NCBI GenBank assembly: GCA_002633005.1
Contig: NMRA01000148.1
Span: 558,001-622,000, forward strand
Length of the DNA stretch: 64,000 nucleotides
Source of the DNA: Phoronis australis
Lineage: Eukaryota > Animalia > Phoronida
Direction of reading: 5' to 3'
Shown: positions 25,201 through 37,700 of the stretch, one piece after another
Layout: each line of letters starts with the position of its first letter
How positions within the stretch are numbered: the first letter of the stretch is position 1
The notes under the pieces: model-generated
What the model was told of the DNA's origin: nothing
The model's input: only the letters and a program-made list of their open reading frames with translations
Database searches by the model: none
Position numbers and translations under genes: made by a program

Positions 25201-28200
25201 AGGTATGCAGACCAGTGTACTGACCAGTCAGCTGCTAGACTACAGGGCCAGGCACGTAGTGCCTGACAGGATTACCAAGATGAACGAGGCCATTCGCGCT
25301 AGGGATTTCACCACATTTGCTGAAATCACCATGAAGGTGAAGAGTTGTATTATTGTGTCTACAGATTACGCTAGTTCTAGTAAACAGTATGATGGTCACA
25401 AGAAATGATATTTTGTCAAAATTTCTGAACGAAAATAAAGATTAAGAAATTTCTTTCAATAACTGACTAGGTTTGAATTGTGGCGATAGCTGGTAAAGTT
25501 AACATTATGTATAGTGAAACAGCTTTTGAAAAATAAAAAAAATAAATTTTGGCAGTTAATTACCGAATTCATTATCAGCGCATAATTATACATATACTAA
25601 AACTCATAGCAATGATGAGTAGAGAATGCTGTATAGTGTTGCCATTGTTGTTGATTTTTTTGTCTTGTACTTTTCGTGTAAGATAAGTTGCTCCAAAATT
25701 TGCAGCAGTTGAAAATGGAGTTAAAGGAATTGGAATTCTTGAAAGTCCTTTAAAAATGAACATGACAATTTTGGAAATAATGTCTTTGAAATCAAGTGAT
25801 ACTTTAATGTAGTAATAACAATGTATTTTGTTTATTGCAAGAACTCCCAGTTATTAAACTGAAAACAGGCTTACAGCAGAGGTTGGTGAAGGTCAAGATA
25901 ATTATGCATTTCAAGGCTTGGAATTTTCCAATTTTGAGAGGATTTTCTCTTTTTGGTTTCAATTTCCTCTTTTGATTTCCAGTTTCCCCTTTTTCATCTT
26001 ATCATCATTATTTTGACTTTATTTATGTAAAAATGTTAATTTCACTTTAATGTTACAACACAAAAAAAGTATTTCTATCACACAAGCCTATTTATTTGTG
26101 GAACAGTATATCACCTGGGAAATTTTCCTCTTTTGTTATTGTTCATTCCAAGCCCTGGCATTTATAGTTGTTCTTGTCTGAATGTGTTTTGTGTTTCTAG
26201 GACAGCAATCAATTGCATGCCACCTGCCTTGACACATATCCACCAGTCTTCTACATGAATGATACTTCTCGGAAGATCATTCAATTCGTTCATGGCTTCA
26301 ATAGTTTCTGCGGAGAAACCAAGGTACATTGTTGTTCTTTTATTGTCAGTGATTCTTTGACGAATGTTTTTTATCTATGATTGTCAGGGGTAATGGTCTA
26401 ACCATTATCAGCTGGGTGACCAGTGTCACTAACCTTACATTGGGTATGACTAATAGAAAAGGCATCACAATTATTTACTGTGAATAGGTTAAATAACACG
26501 GTTCTTAATAATTAGTGGGATAGGTGATTTAAATTTATCCAAGAAATGCTGTACACAGATATGCACTGTGATGGTGTGTACTAGAGGTACAGATTTCAGT
26601 CTTGAGTGCTGGTCACTCAAATATTTACTGACTTGTTGTCGTGTAGGTTGCCTACACATTTGACGCTGGCCCAAATGCCTGTCTGTACCTACTAGAGAAA
26701 GATGTGCCCACTGTCCTGGGGTTGGTGCAGCATTACTTTAAGCCGCCGTCCACCAACGGGGGACAGTTTCTGAGAGGAATGACGAGCGATATACAGCAGC
26801 CAGAGCAGGTACGGTAAAGATGGAAGTCAGCTATTCCACTGACTCTTCTTTAGTACAAAGCCTGTAGAATTTGATAAGTGCACTTTTTATTAGTATGTCA
26901 TTAATTGGGTCATGTGACCATGTCTCTTTTCCAAGAAATGAAAGGTACATGGATACCAAAACAATAGCATCAATAATGACAGTCTCAAAAATGCCATTTC
27001 AGTTTTCTAATTATTGTGATTTCATTTTTGTTTTACACAGCTTTTGAGTTTTTCATGAAAATCATAAAAAGTCCTAATTTTTATTATTTCTTTAGACCAA
27101 GCTCATAAAATTCTACAGTCACAATATGACCTTGAACTTTTATGTGCGACATCTATAGAGAATTTTGCCGCGTGATGCAATAAGTGTTGGATTTTTTTAG
27201 CTGGCAAGCACAAATCCTCACAAAATGCAAGCAAGGTGGTGAGTTAAGTGCTTAGCTTATTACCTTCAGTAGGCAATGAAAAGTAATTATTGCATCACCT
27301 GACAATGATGAATCACTTGTTGGCTCACTGTAACCATATAGTTTACAGGTCAGTGACTTGAGATAAAGTTCACTTGAGGCAGACAGTTGAGCTTGAAACT
27401 CTCCCTCTGCATCAGCCCTAGCGGGAAGTGAAAAAAACAAACACGGTAGTAAGTTACCTTGTATTTTAATCTGTTACAGAACCTTCTCAAAGCCATACCT
27501 CTAGAACAGACTGAAGGTGTCAAGTACATAATTCACACCAAGGTAAACATTGAATCGCCTTTTGAGTGTGATAACAACCAACTGTTGTACACGTACGATG
27601 GTTTAAAGTAACTATAAACTTGCATCTCATCAAAGAAACTAACTTTTGATTTGGATTACGTACCGCTACAAAATTGGTCTTGATCCTCACTCAGGTGAGA
27701 AGTGACTTCTGGGCTTGCAAGGAATTGACTACTAATAAGACAATGAGTGGCCTAAATTGGAAGTGTGTTTTTGTAATGGAAGACGGGTTTATTGCCACTT
27801 GAATGGATTGAAAGTTAAATGTCACTTATATGTGCCGTTTCAGTAATGCGACTACTAGTGTGGAACATCGTGTCACCCATCGTGTCACCCAATGACAACT
27901 GTTGAATCTTTCTATGGTTATACTGAAACTAACAAGTTTGTAGGACAGTGTTATTTTTGGCTTAATAAACTGTTTCATTATTTTGTATTACTTTGAAGTT
28001 GACCATCTTTGTCCTGCTGAAGCTGCCTTAAATATAATTTTAAATCACATATGATAGTTTATGTTCATGGTCGTATTTTCAATCTGGGTTAACTTTGGGT
28101 TCTAGTTTCAGTTTCAAAGTGCCGATGAAACATGAGTGTATGGCATGCATTATGTTTATCAAGTCCAGGTGAAACAATGATTTCCCCCCCAAATACCCAA

Positions 28201-28817
28201 TTCAAAATTGAAGCGTCAAAGACTGCTTTTCTCCTCTCATGAAATTGCCAGATTCTTAAAACTAGTTTTCAATGAAGAGGCAGTAGATGCCCCATCCATG
28301 GCAAACATTTTATAACATTAAGCAAATGTTAAACTACTCGCATCCTTAAAAATCGACAGAAGGTAAATCCTTGGATGTGGTATAAGAACTGAGTAGTTTC
28401 ATTTTGCAGACGTCTAGATGAGACTTTTTGGTGATCAAACAAAGGTTTTATTAAACGAAACCAAGAATAAGCATTGTGAAACTTGCAGAAGTCGAATCTA
28501 ACGGAAACGAGATTTTATTCAACTGAGTAAGGCCAAGTCCGAGTTGTCCAAAGGGCCGAGCGCACGAGTTAGCACAAACGTACAGCAGAACTTTGTCCAA
28601 GTTGAGGGAAAATCCAAGTTGTGCAGTTATCTGACTTGTGCAAGCTTTACTGTAGTAAAACTGCTGGCAGTTCGTGAAAACACCGAATTTCAGAGAAATG
28701 CAGTCGTGCTTAAAAACACTGTTGTAAAGGTTTCTTTATGTTTTGCAGGTAGGTGCTGGTCCGCGTCAGCTTGAGGATTCAGAGAGCTTATTGGGAGACA
28801 ACGGGCTACCAAAGTGA
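16262..28817 (+). CDS. MVD: Diphosphomevalonate decarboxylase, 12 coding exons, 403 aa
   Basis: Exons 16262-16358, 19390-19460, 20599-20666, 20866-20912, 22518-22658, 23173-23227, 23701-23845, 25166-25336, 26201-26323, 26647-26808, 27480-27542 and 28749-28817 total 1212 nt. Motifs include [25 protein letters not shown], the GHMP motif [40 protein letters not shown] and [11 protein letters not shown]. Confidence 0.96.
16443..16560 (-). mobile_element. Degenerate solo LTR of the tRNA-bearing TRIM family
   Basis: The minus strand reads ggcaattgcctcttgaccgaacggtttgaa...gtgttcgatacccgccgtcagcatgtggatttttcc, which aligns by eye with the copies at 18877-19067, 40785-40880 and 41419-41865. Confidence 0.6.
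17447..18251. mobile_element. Non-autonomous DNA transposon-like element with repeated CTAAAGTCGTGA terminal motifs
   Basis: The left end taccgtcagaggccctaaagtcgtgagtgccctaaagtggtgaa has inverted counterparts cacgactttagggcctc (about 18037) and ttcacgactttaggtcacc (about 18231). No coding capacity is visible. Confidence 0.55.
18252..18788 (-). mobile_element. Complete TRIM (miniature LTR retrotransposon) with a tRNA-derived Pol III promoter in each LTR (Helenus-like)
   Basis: Two TG...CA LTRs (18637-18788 and 18252-18402) differ by one substitution and one 1-nt indel. The PBS TGGCGTAGTCGGCA (18634-18621) starts 2 nt after the 5' LTR. The PPT AGGAAAGGGGGGAA (18416-18403) abuts the 3' LTR. The interior is 234 bp and non-coding. 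Each LTR holds A box TAGCTGAATGG and B box GGTTCGATCCC. Confidence 0.92.
18860..19067 (-). mobile_element. Older LTR plus PBS-like remnant of a related tRNA-bearing TRIM
   Basis: The minus strand reads ...cattccgg...cctctctaaatcactagcca...ggcagtttcttcttggccgaatggtttgga...gtttgatacccgctgtcggcatgtggattttccaca, then ctgactcccaacaatgg (PBS-like). Confidence 0.6.
24535..24771 (+). mobile_element. Dimeric tRNA-derived SINE-like head (two diverged tandem units)
   Basis: gaggcagtg...cttcctttactca...ggtt(c/g)gagccccac...ctgctaa...tagctcct(c/t)agctcgttt occurs twice, at about 24535-24662 and 24666-24771. The second copy has B box GGTTCGAGCCC. Confidence 0.65.
24837..24945. repeat. 34-bp tandem repeat, about 3.2 copies
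   Basis: gcctgtgcaagtcta(g/a)tacaatgtgtaccagact starts at 24837, 24871 and 24905, with a partial copy at 24939. Confidence 0.92.
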
Positions 28818-29432
28818 TCTAGTAGTTTGTGAATAATATTCTAGAACACTGAAGTTTTTAACATTACTCTTTACAGTAGGGGAACTGATGCGGAGATTAT
28901 CGCTCAAGCAATCGAGACAAATTGAATATTTATTTTGTGCTTCATGTTGTTGTCAGTCAGAAGTGTTAAAGTCCCATGCAGTGCCATTTATGAAAACAAT
29001 TCCTTTGGTTTATGTTTTGGGGTGGAACCTTTGATTTTTTAACATGATTTAGTATTCCTAATTACATGTAATGAAAACCGTGAATGGAATATAGTAAACT
29101 GATTGCTTACACAGGAAAATTCACCACCGCCAACTAGATTTATTTCACTCTGAAGTTTGCATTTTTGGTTTGACCTAATTAGCACTGCATGGGTGTGTAA
29201 TAATTTTCAATATAACTTCAATCTACTGAAATAAGATGTAATAGTAGATGGCAATGATGTCATGTTTGATGAAAGTTTACTTGCAAAATAACCATAGACG
29301 AATTCTGTTTCATCTTCATCAACTCTGCCCATCTTGCACGACCATATTTAAGATCCGCTCAAGCGTGTCACTTACATGCCTCAATACAATTCAGAGCTGT
29401 ATTTTGGCAAACAAATCGTGAAAAATGCTCCG

Positions 29433-29682
29433 TTACGAGGTCTCAATTTCAAAACTGAAGTCAAGGTCTCCATTTTTTGGCGTGAATGTTACTGAGAACG
29501 TAACTGCACCGTCTTTCATCAACATCCTTGGTCTCTTGAACAGGTGCACACCCTGTTTCGTATACATGTCCCATACAATAGTCTGACCAGGTTTTACTGG
29601 CTGCAATGGTCCTGTGAGGATGGTCTGCTCCTTATCTAAACAGTATTCCATCCACACTGCCACTCCATTACACATGCTGGAG
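29433..29682 (-). CDS. PRMT7: Second copy of the PRMT7 last coding exon (allelic or duplicated)
   Basis: Same exon as 31762-32011 with 3 amino-acid differences ([19 protein letters not shown] versus [19 protein letters not shown]). Acceptor and stop are intact. Confidence 0.75.
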
Positions 29683-30912
29683 CTGGAAAAGAAAACTATC
29701 ATTAGAAGTGAAAACGTAAACAGCGTGCAGAAGACTAAATGAATACCTTTAATTTGTTGGAAATTGAGAATTTATTAAAATTTTACGAATTGTTATAGTG
29801 TTTGAATAAACGTTTAGTATTTTGATAATGTAGTAATTGTTGAAAATGCTGTTGAATTGACAAATTGTTGAAAGCAAAATGGTGAAACTATGAATAAAAG
29901 TAGCGGATATCATCACATGTCTATTTTTGCTACACTTCACTCCAAGCTTTAAGCAAGAGTGTAAAAAATGAAAACATTTTTACATCTACTGATGTGTTAT
30001 TTACAATGTCACAGCTTCTTTACCAACATTTAGCGTCTTTAAAAATTCACTGTAGTCCAAAGTCTCAATGATATTATTTTCAAACAATTTACTGAACACA
30101 AAATGATTGAAAGATTCGAACTCAAACTCCAGCTTGCATAGTTTTGATAGTTTTTGTTCTAAATTATGAACTTGAGGTATCTGATATTATCCTTGAGTGC
30201 ACTATAATTCATGCAGAACAGTAAATACAGAAGTTTATAAATTATTACTCCAATCTTAAAGCTACTNTAGTTTCAGTTTCAAAGTGCCGATGAAACATGA
30301 GTGTATGGCATGCATTATGTTTATCAAGTCCATGTGAAACAATGATTCCCCCCCAATACCCAATTCAAAATTGAAGCGTCAAAGACTGCATTTCTCCTCT
30401 CATGTAATTGCCAGATTCTTAAAACTAGTTTTCAATGAAGAGGCAGGAGATGCCCCATCCATGGCAAACATTTTATAACATTAAGCAAATGTTAAACTAC
30501 TCACATCCTTAAAAATCGGCAGAAGAAGGTAATCCTTTGATGTGGTATAAGAACTGAGTAGTTTCATCTTGCAGACATCTAGGTGACACTTTTTGGTGAT
30601 CAAATAAAGATTTTATTAAACGAAACCAAGAATAAACATTGTGAAACTTGCAGAAGTCGAATCTAACAGGAATGAGAGTTTATTCAACTGAGTAAGGCCA
30701 AGTCCAAGTTGTCCAAAGGGCCGAGTGCACGAGTTAGCACAAACAGTACAGCAGAACTTTGTCCAAGTTGAGGGAAAGTCCAACTTGTGCGGTTATCTGA
30801 CTTGTGCAAGCTCTACTCTAGTAAAACTGTTGGCAGTTAGTGAAAACACTGAATTTCAGAGTAATGTAGTTGTGCTTAAAAACACTGTTGTAAAGGTTTC
30901 TTTGTTTTGCAG

Positions 30913-30996
30913 GTTGGTGCTGGTCCACGTCAGCTTGAGGATTCAGAGAGCTTATTGGGAGACAACGGGCTACCAAAGTCATCTAGCAGTTTATGA
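30913..30996 (+). CDS. MVD: Second copy of the MVD last coding exon, with a 5-aa longer C-terminus
   Basis: ttttgcag|GTT GGT GCT GGT CCA CGT...CCA AAG TCA TCT AGC AGT TTA TGA translates to [27 protein letters not shown]. Confidence 0.75.
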   Translation, partial: VGAGPRQLEDSESLLGDNGLPKSSSSL

Positions 30997-31761
30997 ATAA
31001 TATTCTAGAACACTGTGGCAATATCCTGAAGTTTTTAACATTACTTTTTACAGTAAGGGAACTGATGTGGAGATTATGAGATTTTGGCATGTTTGATTTT
31101 TTGTATTAAAATGATTAGTATTAATCGAGTAATTATTGAATTATTTGTATAAGCATTATTTTGAATATTGACTGAAATCATGTAACCATCAGAAGGAAGT
31201 CGATGTCTAAATTTTCAAGTTTGAAATGCTCAAACAATCGAGACAAATTGAATATTTATTTTGTGCTTCATGTTCTTGTCAGTCAGAAGTCTTAAAGTCC
31301 CATGCAGTGCCATTTATGAAAACCATTCCTTTGGTTTATGTTTTGGGGTGGAACCTTTGATTTTTTAACACAATGAGTTAGGATTCCTAATTACATGAAA
31401 TGAAAACCGTGAACGGAATATAGTAAACTGATTGCTTTCACAGGAAAATTCACCACCGTCAACTAGATTTATTTCACTCTGAAGTTTGCAGTTTTGGTTT
31501 GACCTAATTAGCCCTGCATGGGTGTGTAATAATTTTCAATATAACTTCAATCTACAGAAATAAGATGTAATAGTAGATGGCTATGATGTCATTTTTGATG
31601 AAAGTTTACTTGCAAAATAACCATGGACGAATTATGTTTCGTCTTCATCAACTCTGCCCATCTTGCACTACCATATTTAAGATCCGCTCAAGAGTGTCAC
31701 TTTCATGCCTCAATACACTTCAGAGCTGTATTTTGGCAAACAAATCGTGAAAAATGCTCCG

Positions 31762-34700
31762 TTACGAGGTTTCAATTTCAAAACTGAAGTCAAGGTCTCC
31801 ATTTTTTGGCATGAATGTTACTGAGAATGTAACTGCACTGTCTTTCATCAACGTCCTTGGTCTCTTGAACAGGTGCACACCCTGTTTCGTATACATGTCC
31901 CATACAATAGTCTGACCAGGTTTTACTGGCTGCAATGGTCCTGTGAGGATGGTCTGCTCCTTATCTAAACAGTATTCCATCCACACTGCCACTCCATTAC
32001 ACATGCTGGAGCTGGAAAAGAAAACTATCATTAGAAGTGAAAACGTAAACAGCGTGCAGAAGACTAAATGAATACCTTTAATTTGTTGGAAATTGAGAAT
32101 TTATTAAAATTTTACGAATTGTTATAGTGTTTGAATAAACGTTTAGTATTTTGATAATGTAGTAATTGTTGAAAATGCTGTTGAATTGACAAATTGTTGA
32201 AAGCAAAATGGTGAAACTATGAATAAAAGTAGCGGATATCATCACATGTCTATTTTTGCTACACTTCACTCCAAGCTTTAAGCAAGAGTGTAAAAAATGA
32301 AAACATTTTTACATCTACTGATGTGTTATTTACAATGTCACAGCTTCTTTACCAACATTTAGCGTCTTTAAAAATTCACTGTAGTCCAAAGTCTCAATGA
32401 TATTATTTTCAAACAATTTACTGAACACAAAATGATTGAAAGATTCGAACTCAAACTCCAGCTTGCATAGTTTTGATAGTTTTTGTTCTAAATTATGAAC
32501 TTGAGGTATCTGATATTATCCTTGAGTGCACTATAATTCATGCAGAACAGTAAATACAGAAGTTTATAAATTATTACTCCAATCTTAAAGCTACTAATTT
32601 TAGTTTGAATTAAAAATCTTAAGCTGGAGTTTAAGAGATTGAATTTTTGACCCCACATGTTGCAAGCCAACCGAGTGCAATGGTAACGAATGTGGGGACC
32701 CCCGCATTGGTAAGGTAAAACAGCAGGTAAGAAAGCGTGTCTTAGTGCCGCAAGGGAAACGATTTGAACTTGGCAATGTTGAAACACCTTAGTGTCACTT
32801 AACAATCATTTGAGATGGCAAACAAGAGGATGCTAGACAGAAACAATTCTTGATTTCAACAAGGTGTCCGAGACCACGTCTATGAAAACTAAGAACTCCT
32901 CCCTTAGCAAGAACACCAGCATAGGTGACACAATTTTCGGTTGATCTTCAATCCCCAGTAGGAGTCACGTGGCTAAAACATCAGAAATACTACAATGAAT
33001 TTCTAGATTTTTTTTTACAGTTTGTACATCAACTGATTTGAACTCACTGTTGTATGGGTATCCTGCCTGTGTTAGTGTCTCTACTACATGATGTGACTAG
33101 CTTTGTGAAGTCAAACTCCATCAAGGTCACTGCCTCACTCAGAGCAGTGCCTGGGTACTCCCACAGTGGTTGTGGCTCTATTATGGCATCAGCTTTGTCT
33201 GAGCTTGCCTGGAATTTCAAAGCCAAGGAAAACTGTTTCCATTACTATATACCAACAGGAAGGTACAAGTGACAAAGTGAAGATAATTCTGTACAAAATT
33301 ATTTCAATTGGGCTTCGCTCAACTTCGATTTGGTTTTACTAATCTACTTGCCAGTACATTTAAAGGAGCAATTTAACTTGAAAAGTTTAGCAAGCTAGTG
33401 ATCTTCCATAAAAACAGAATAAGATTTTATTTTATGCATTTGTGAAGATGTTCCACAAAACATCCACAAGCTGAGATAAATATTTAGGGGAAAGATGCCC
33501 ATCCAATAACCACATGGCAAGAAAACATGTGAATTTATTGATGAGAGTGAAGAAGGCGGAGAGAGAAGACGACAACAACTAGAAGAGGAGGGGTGGCGGC
33601 ATGTTCGCTCCACAATGCCAAAAGCATAACTTGCCCCAAGTCACGATGTGCATTCCGCAAACTTTTAGTAAATAACAAAACATGGGAGACATTTTCAAAT
33701 TAATAAATCAATGGGAAGATGGCCTTTACCTCAATGAGATTGTCAAATACACTAAGATCAAATCCTTCACAATTGCCAACTGGAGCTCTGATCTTCCACA
33801 AGTCTTTGAAGTCCACCACGGCTGCCTTCAAAACTGCACACTTTGGTAGAATGTTGACATCTTCCGCTAACAAGTTTGACAGTTCTGTTCTGACATACCA
33901 AAAGTATAAATTGTGCCAAGGTAATAGTGTAGTGTTGAAGAAAGGCTCTGACAGAAGCAAATTTACCTGAAAAATAAATTGTGTAATCAAATCTACAATC
34001 AGAAAAATTTACAATGGAAAGGACATAACTGGAATTATGGTCAAAAAATGTATTTTGGGGATTATTGTTGAGTAGGGTAACCTTCTTAAAGGTATTAACT
34101 TGATTAGAGCTACAAAACAGGAACATCCGTCAATCGCTTCCAGTCATTCGGTAGTATTAATTGATGTAAAGGCCAGTGAGTTTATCAGCTAATGCGGTTA
34201 TAATTCTCAGCTAATTACAGCATTGGCATTTAGCTCCACTAGCAAAGGATTAGATAGCAATCATGAGATCATATCCATCTTTGGACTGATTTTAACATGT
34301 TGCCAATAATGTCACTTTAACTGCAATACAACTCATGGGACACATTGATCAGAAATTACAAAATATTTTCCTTCTTTCATTGCTGACAACATTCCCAACT
34401 TTACTCAGAATAGTTTTTCAGCATCAAGACATTGTAAAAACCTAATTAAATAGAACAACAGTAATTCAACTTGCACTTGTCGGAAAAAGGGCATTGTTAT
34501 ACCCAAAGTATTCAGTTTCACCAACTTAATGAACAACTTTTTCAACTATTAGTTGCATAGTATTAGTACGCATGACAAAAAGTTTGTATTGCCTTTAAAT
34601 AGAATTGCACTATAAAGCTTCATACTTCTACCAAAATATTCCGACTGCTACAAAATTAAAGAAATACCAACCCTTTCACCATGAAAGTGTGTGGAAGTAA

Positions 34701-37700
34701 GTTTATCTGTGTCTGTGTCGATAACTGTAACTTTATCTTTTAAACCATTGCTTTCAATGTAAGCGTCTAACATTCGTCCAGCCACTGGCAGTTTCTCAAC
34801 TGTGTAAACCTTTAAAAACAGCACTTATGACCATCAATTTCAATACCAAGAACATATTTTTGTCACTTGAAGTAAATAAAGAAGACAAATGTTAGTGTGT
34901 ATAATGTCAAACCGAACAAGAATCAGAAAAAAAAAATTGCAAAACAATAAAAATTGATATTTATAATCAAGGAAAATGCCTACTTACTCTAATTATGCAT
35001 TAAAGTGATTTTGATTACAGGCATTTTGTCATTTTTTGTACGAGATTAGAATCATGCGATGTCCTAATGTTTTAAAATGAGGGATACAACACCATCAAAT
35101 TTCGGTTACTGCCAAGAAACATTAAAAAAAATTAATCACTAGCAAGGCATAACCTAACGTCTTCTGCATTTGGGTTCAACCAAACTTGACGCAACTCAGC
35201 AGATGCCGTCATTACCCACATTAAAACAAACTAGGGGAAATTCGTGTCTATGTTGTCTTGTAAAATAAAGCAACTGCATGAAACTCTGAAGTCCCTTAAA
35301 GTAAAATATATTAACAGCAATAACAAATCAAGTTCTTTTTTGTGATAACCCTTGAAAAAACTCAAGCAACAATGTGCATTAATACATACATGCCGAGCAC
35401 CAAGCCTTGCCACCACCAGGGGGAGTAACGATCCATCACCCATGCAGAGACACCTAGTGTCTGGTGTGACCACACTGGTGAGTGCCTCTACATAAGCAGC
35501 ATTTCTGGTCATATCATTGACCATACCCAGTCGTGACCTACTGTAGGCTAGATGAAGTGGTGAAGAACTCTGTGTGAATGGTGATTCGCTGAAACACCAA
35601 AATTTGCTTCAGTTCAGTAAGTCTATAAGATGAGTTTATGAACACTCTCAAACTTGTTAAATTGACTAGTTCATTACTTCACACAAAGAATGACTAATTC
35701 CAACTATAGGAAAACTCGCACAAGTCAAATACAACAGGACATAAAGACGTTTTTAAAAGCCAAATCCAACTTAAGGGTCAAGAGCACAAGTTGGAATAAG
35801 CCAATTGCAGAACTTTGCCCAAATAATCGTACATGTGTGGTTTCTGTGACCCAGTACTGTGAAGGGCACAGCATGCACACAGCAGGACATCTCTGGCCCA
35901 TTTTTGGAAGGGTAAAGCTTGGGGGCTGTTTACAAAATTATTGCACTTTTGCTGACCCCCTCCTTGAAAGTGTAGGAAAATGTCAATATTTTCCTAGGTG
36001 AAACAGTGGAGATAAAAAGACAAGTTATTTTTGCCTGTCTGTTGAGAGTACAATTGTTTCCCTGTTTTCTTGCATATCCGTTTGATGATAAAAACATTTG
36101 CTAGTTGAAAGACTCGTCCATTGTGTACTCCTGGAATAATTGTGAACAATCCCTTACATTTGGGATATGAACAAATTTCAACACTGCATTACCTATTGCC
36201 AACTTACATTACTTCCCTGCTTACGTTGAATCTGAGACTATATTCATCATAGTTGCCATGCAAAAAAAACTTCTGTCCAGTTGACACAGTCATGGGGTGG
36301 GATGGGTAGTAGATGGCTTGCATCCAATGATCGCGCCACTGAAACAATCAAACCAAAAGTAAGGATACCTCAGAATATTAAGTACACAGGAAAAATAATC
36401 ATAAAAATAATATTCCACTTGGCACTAATTGTAAGGCCTAAGATTTTCTACTGTCACTCTAAAGATCTACTTTTGATTGGTTTGCAATTATTTCCTTGAT
36501 GCAGAAGGCAAATTACACTGACGTAATATGTAGGGTCACACTTCAGCACAGGTGTTTTCAACCCATTAAAACATATATTTTTAAAATCACTGATGGTCAC
36601 AGAAACATATTGAGTGCATGAAACCAAATGATCCACAGAGGTTTGTGAGTGTATGGCCATGTTTTCTCTAAAGCAATGTGAGTTTTCATGACTATTGCCA
36701 ATTTTCCATAAAGTTGAAAATATTCACATGAATTCAGTAAATTCTGTTAAGTCATTCTAACCATGAGCTAAGCCTGCTTATGATTGCCGTTTTAGGCTTT
36801 TTAGAACATTCTGTAAAACAGTTTGAAGTCTTCGTTTTTGAAAGAAGAGTTACCGGGCCATGGATGCAAAATATCACCCAAGTTTGCACTCCTTCTAATT
36901 GAGGCACACCAACCTTACCTGCATATTGTCTGGTTCTGGATGTGCCCACCGGGGGGCGCAGCTTAACATAATGTCACCCATAGTGTCCATCTGCAGGTCC
37001 CACCACATAAAGATGCCGTGACACTGGCCAGTAGCTGTGGCAACCACCTGGCAACGAGTCTCCTCGGAGAACTCTATCTTTGTCTTGCCACTGTAGTCAA
37101 AGCTACAAATGTACAAAAAATGACTTGTCATAACAAGTGAAGAAACATTTCGAAGTATGTAAAAAAATTCATAGAAACAGAGGCTAATGAAATACATTGA
37201 AATTTTCACCAGCCAAGCCAAGTCGTACAGGAATAATCAATCAGCTTCAATAACAGGCTCGATGTCTAAGGATGTCTAACAAATTCACTGATTAACACTA
37301 TAAACTAATCTTCATCAAAATACAGCATGACAATCAACTCAACTAAACCATCAAAACAAACCTAAATATTTTCACAGGCTCTGAGATCTTCCTAAACTGG
37401 TCTTGTCTTAGCTGGTCAAGTTGAAGGTCATGCACAGTCACCATGTTGTCGTATCTGTCCAGCTCTGCGGGGGGCGTGATGTCATCGTGACCAGACACTG
37501 TGATTGGATGCAGCTTGTTCCACCGCCACACTAGGTCAGCCTCCACGATCTGCACGTACATGTTGGCCCTAGATGGCACCACAATGCAGTCATCCTAGAA
37601 CAATGCTTTCAATTAACGATAACTAACATAGACTAAGTTTTGAGTAGAATAACAGGCAAAGTTCTAGTAAAGCAGATAGAGTAACACACAGCAGCATGTA

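Larger units (their letters stand above)
28103..32595. repeat. Tandem duplication of about 2.2 kb (28103-30266 and 30268-32595) joined at a single N; probable uncollapsed haplotypes
   Basis: Both copies start tagtttcagtttcaaagtgccg and end aatcttaaagctact, with N at 30267. Each contains the last exon of MVD and the last exon of PRMT7. Confidence 0.93.
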
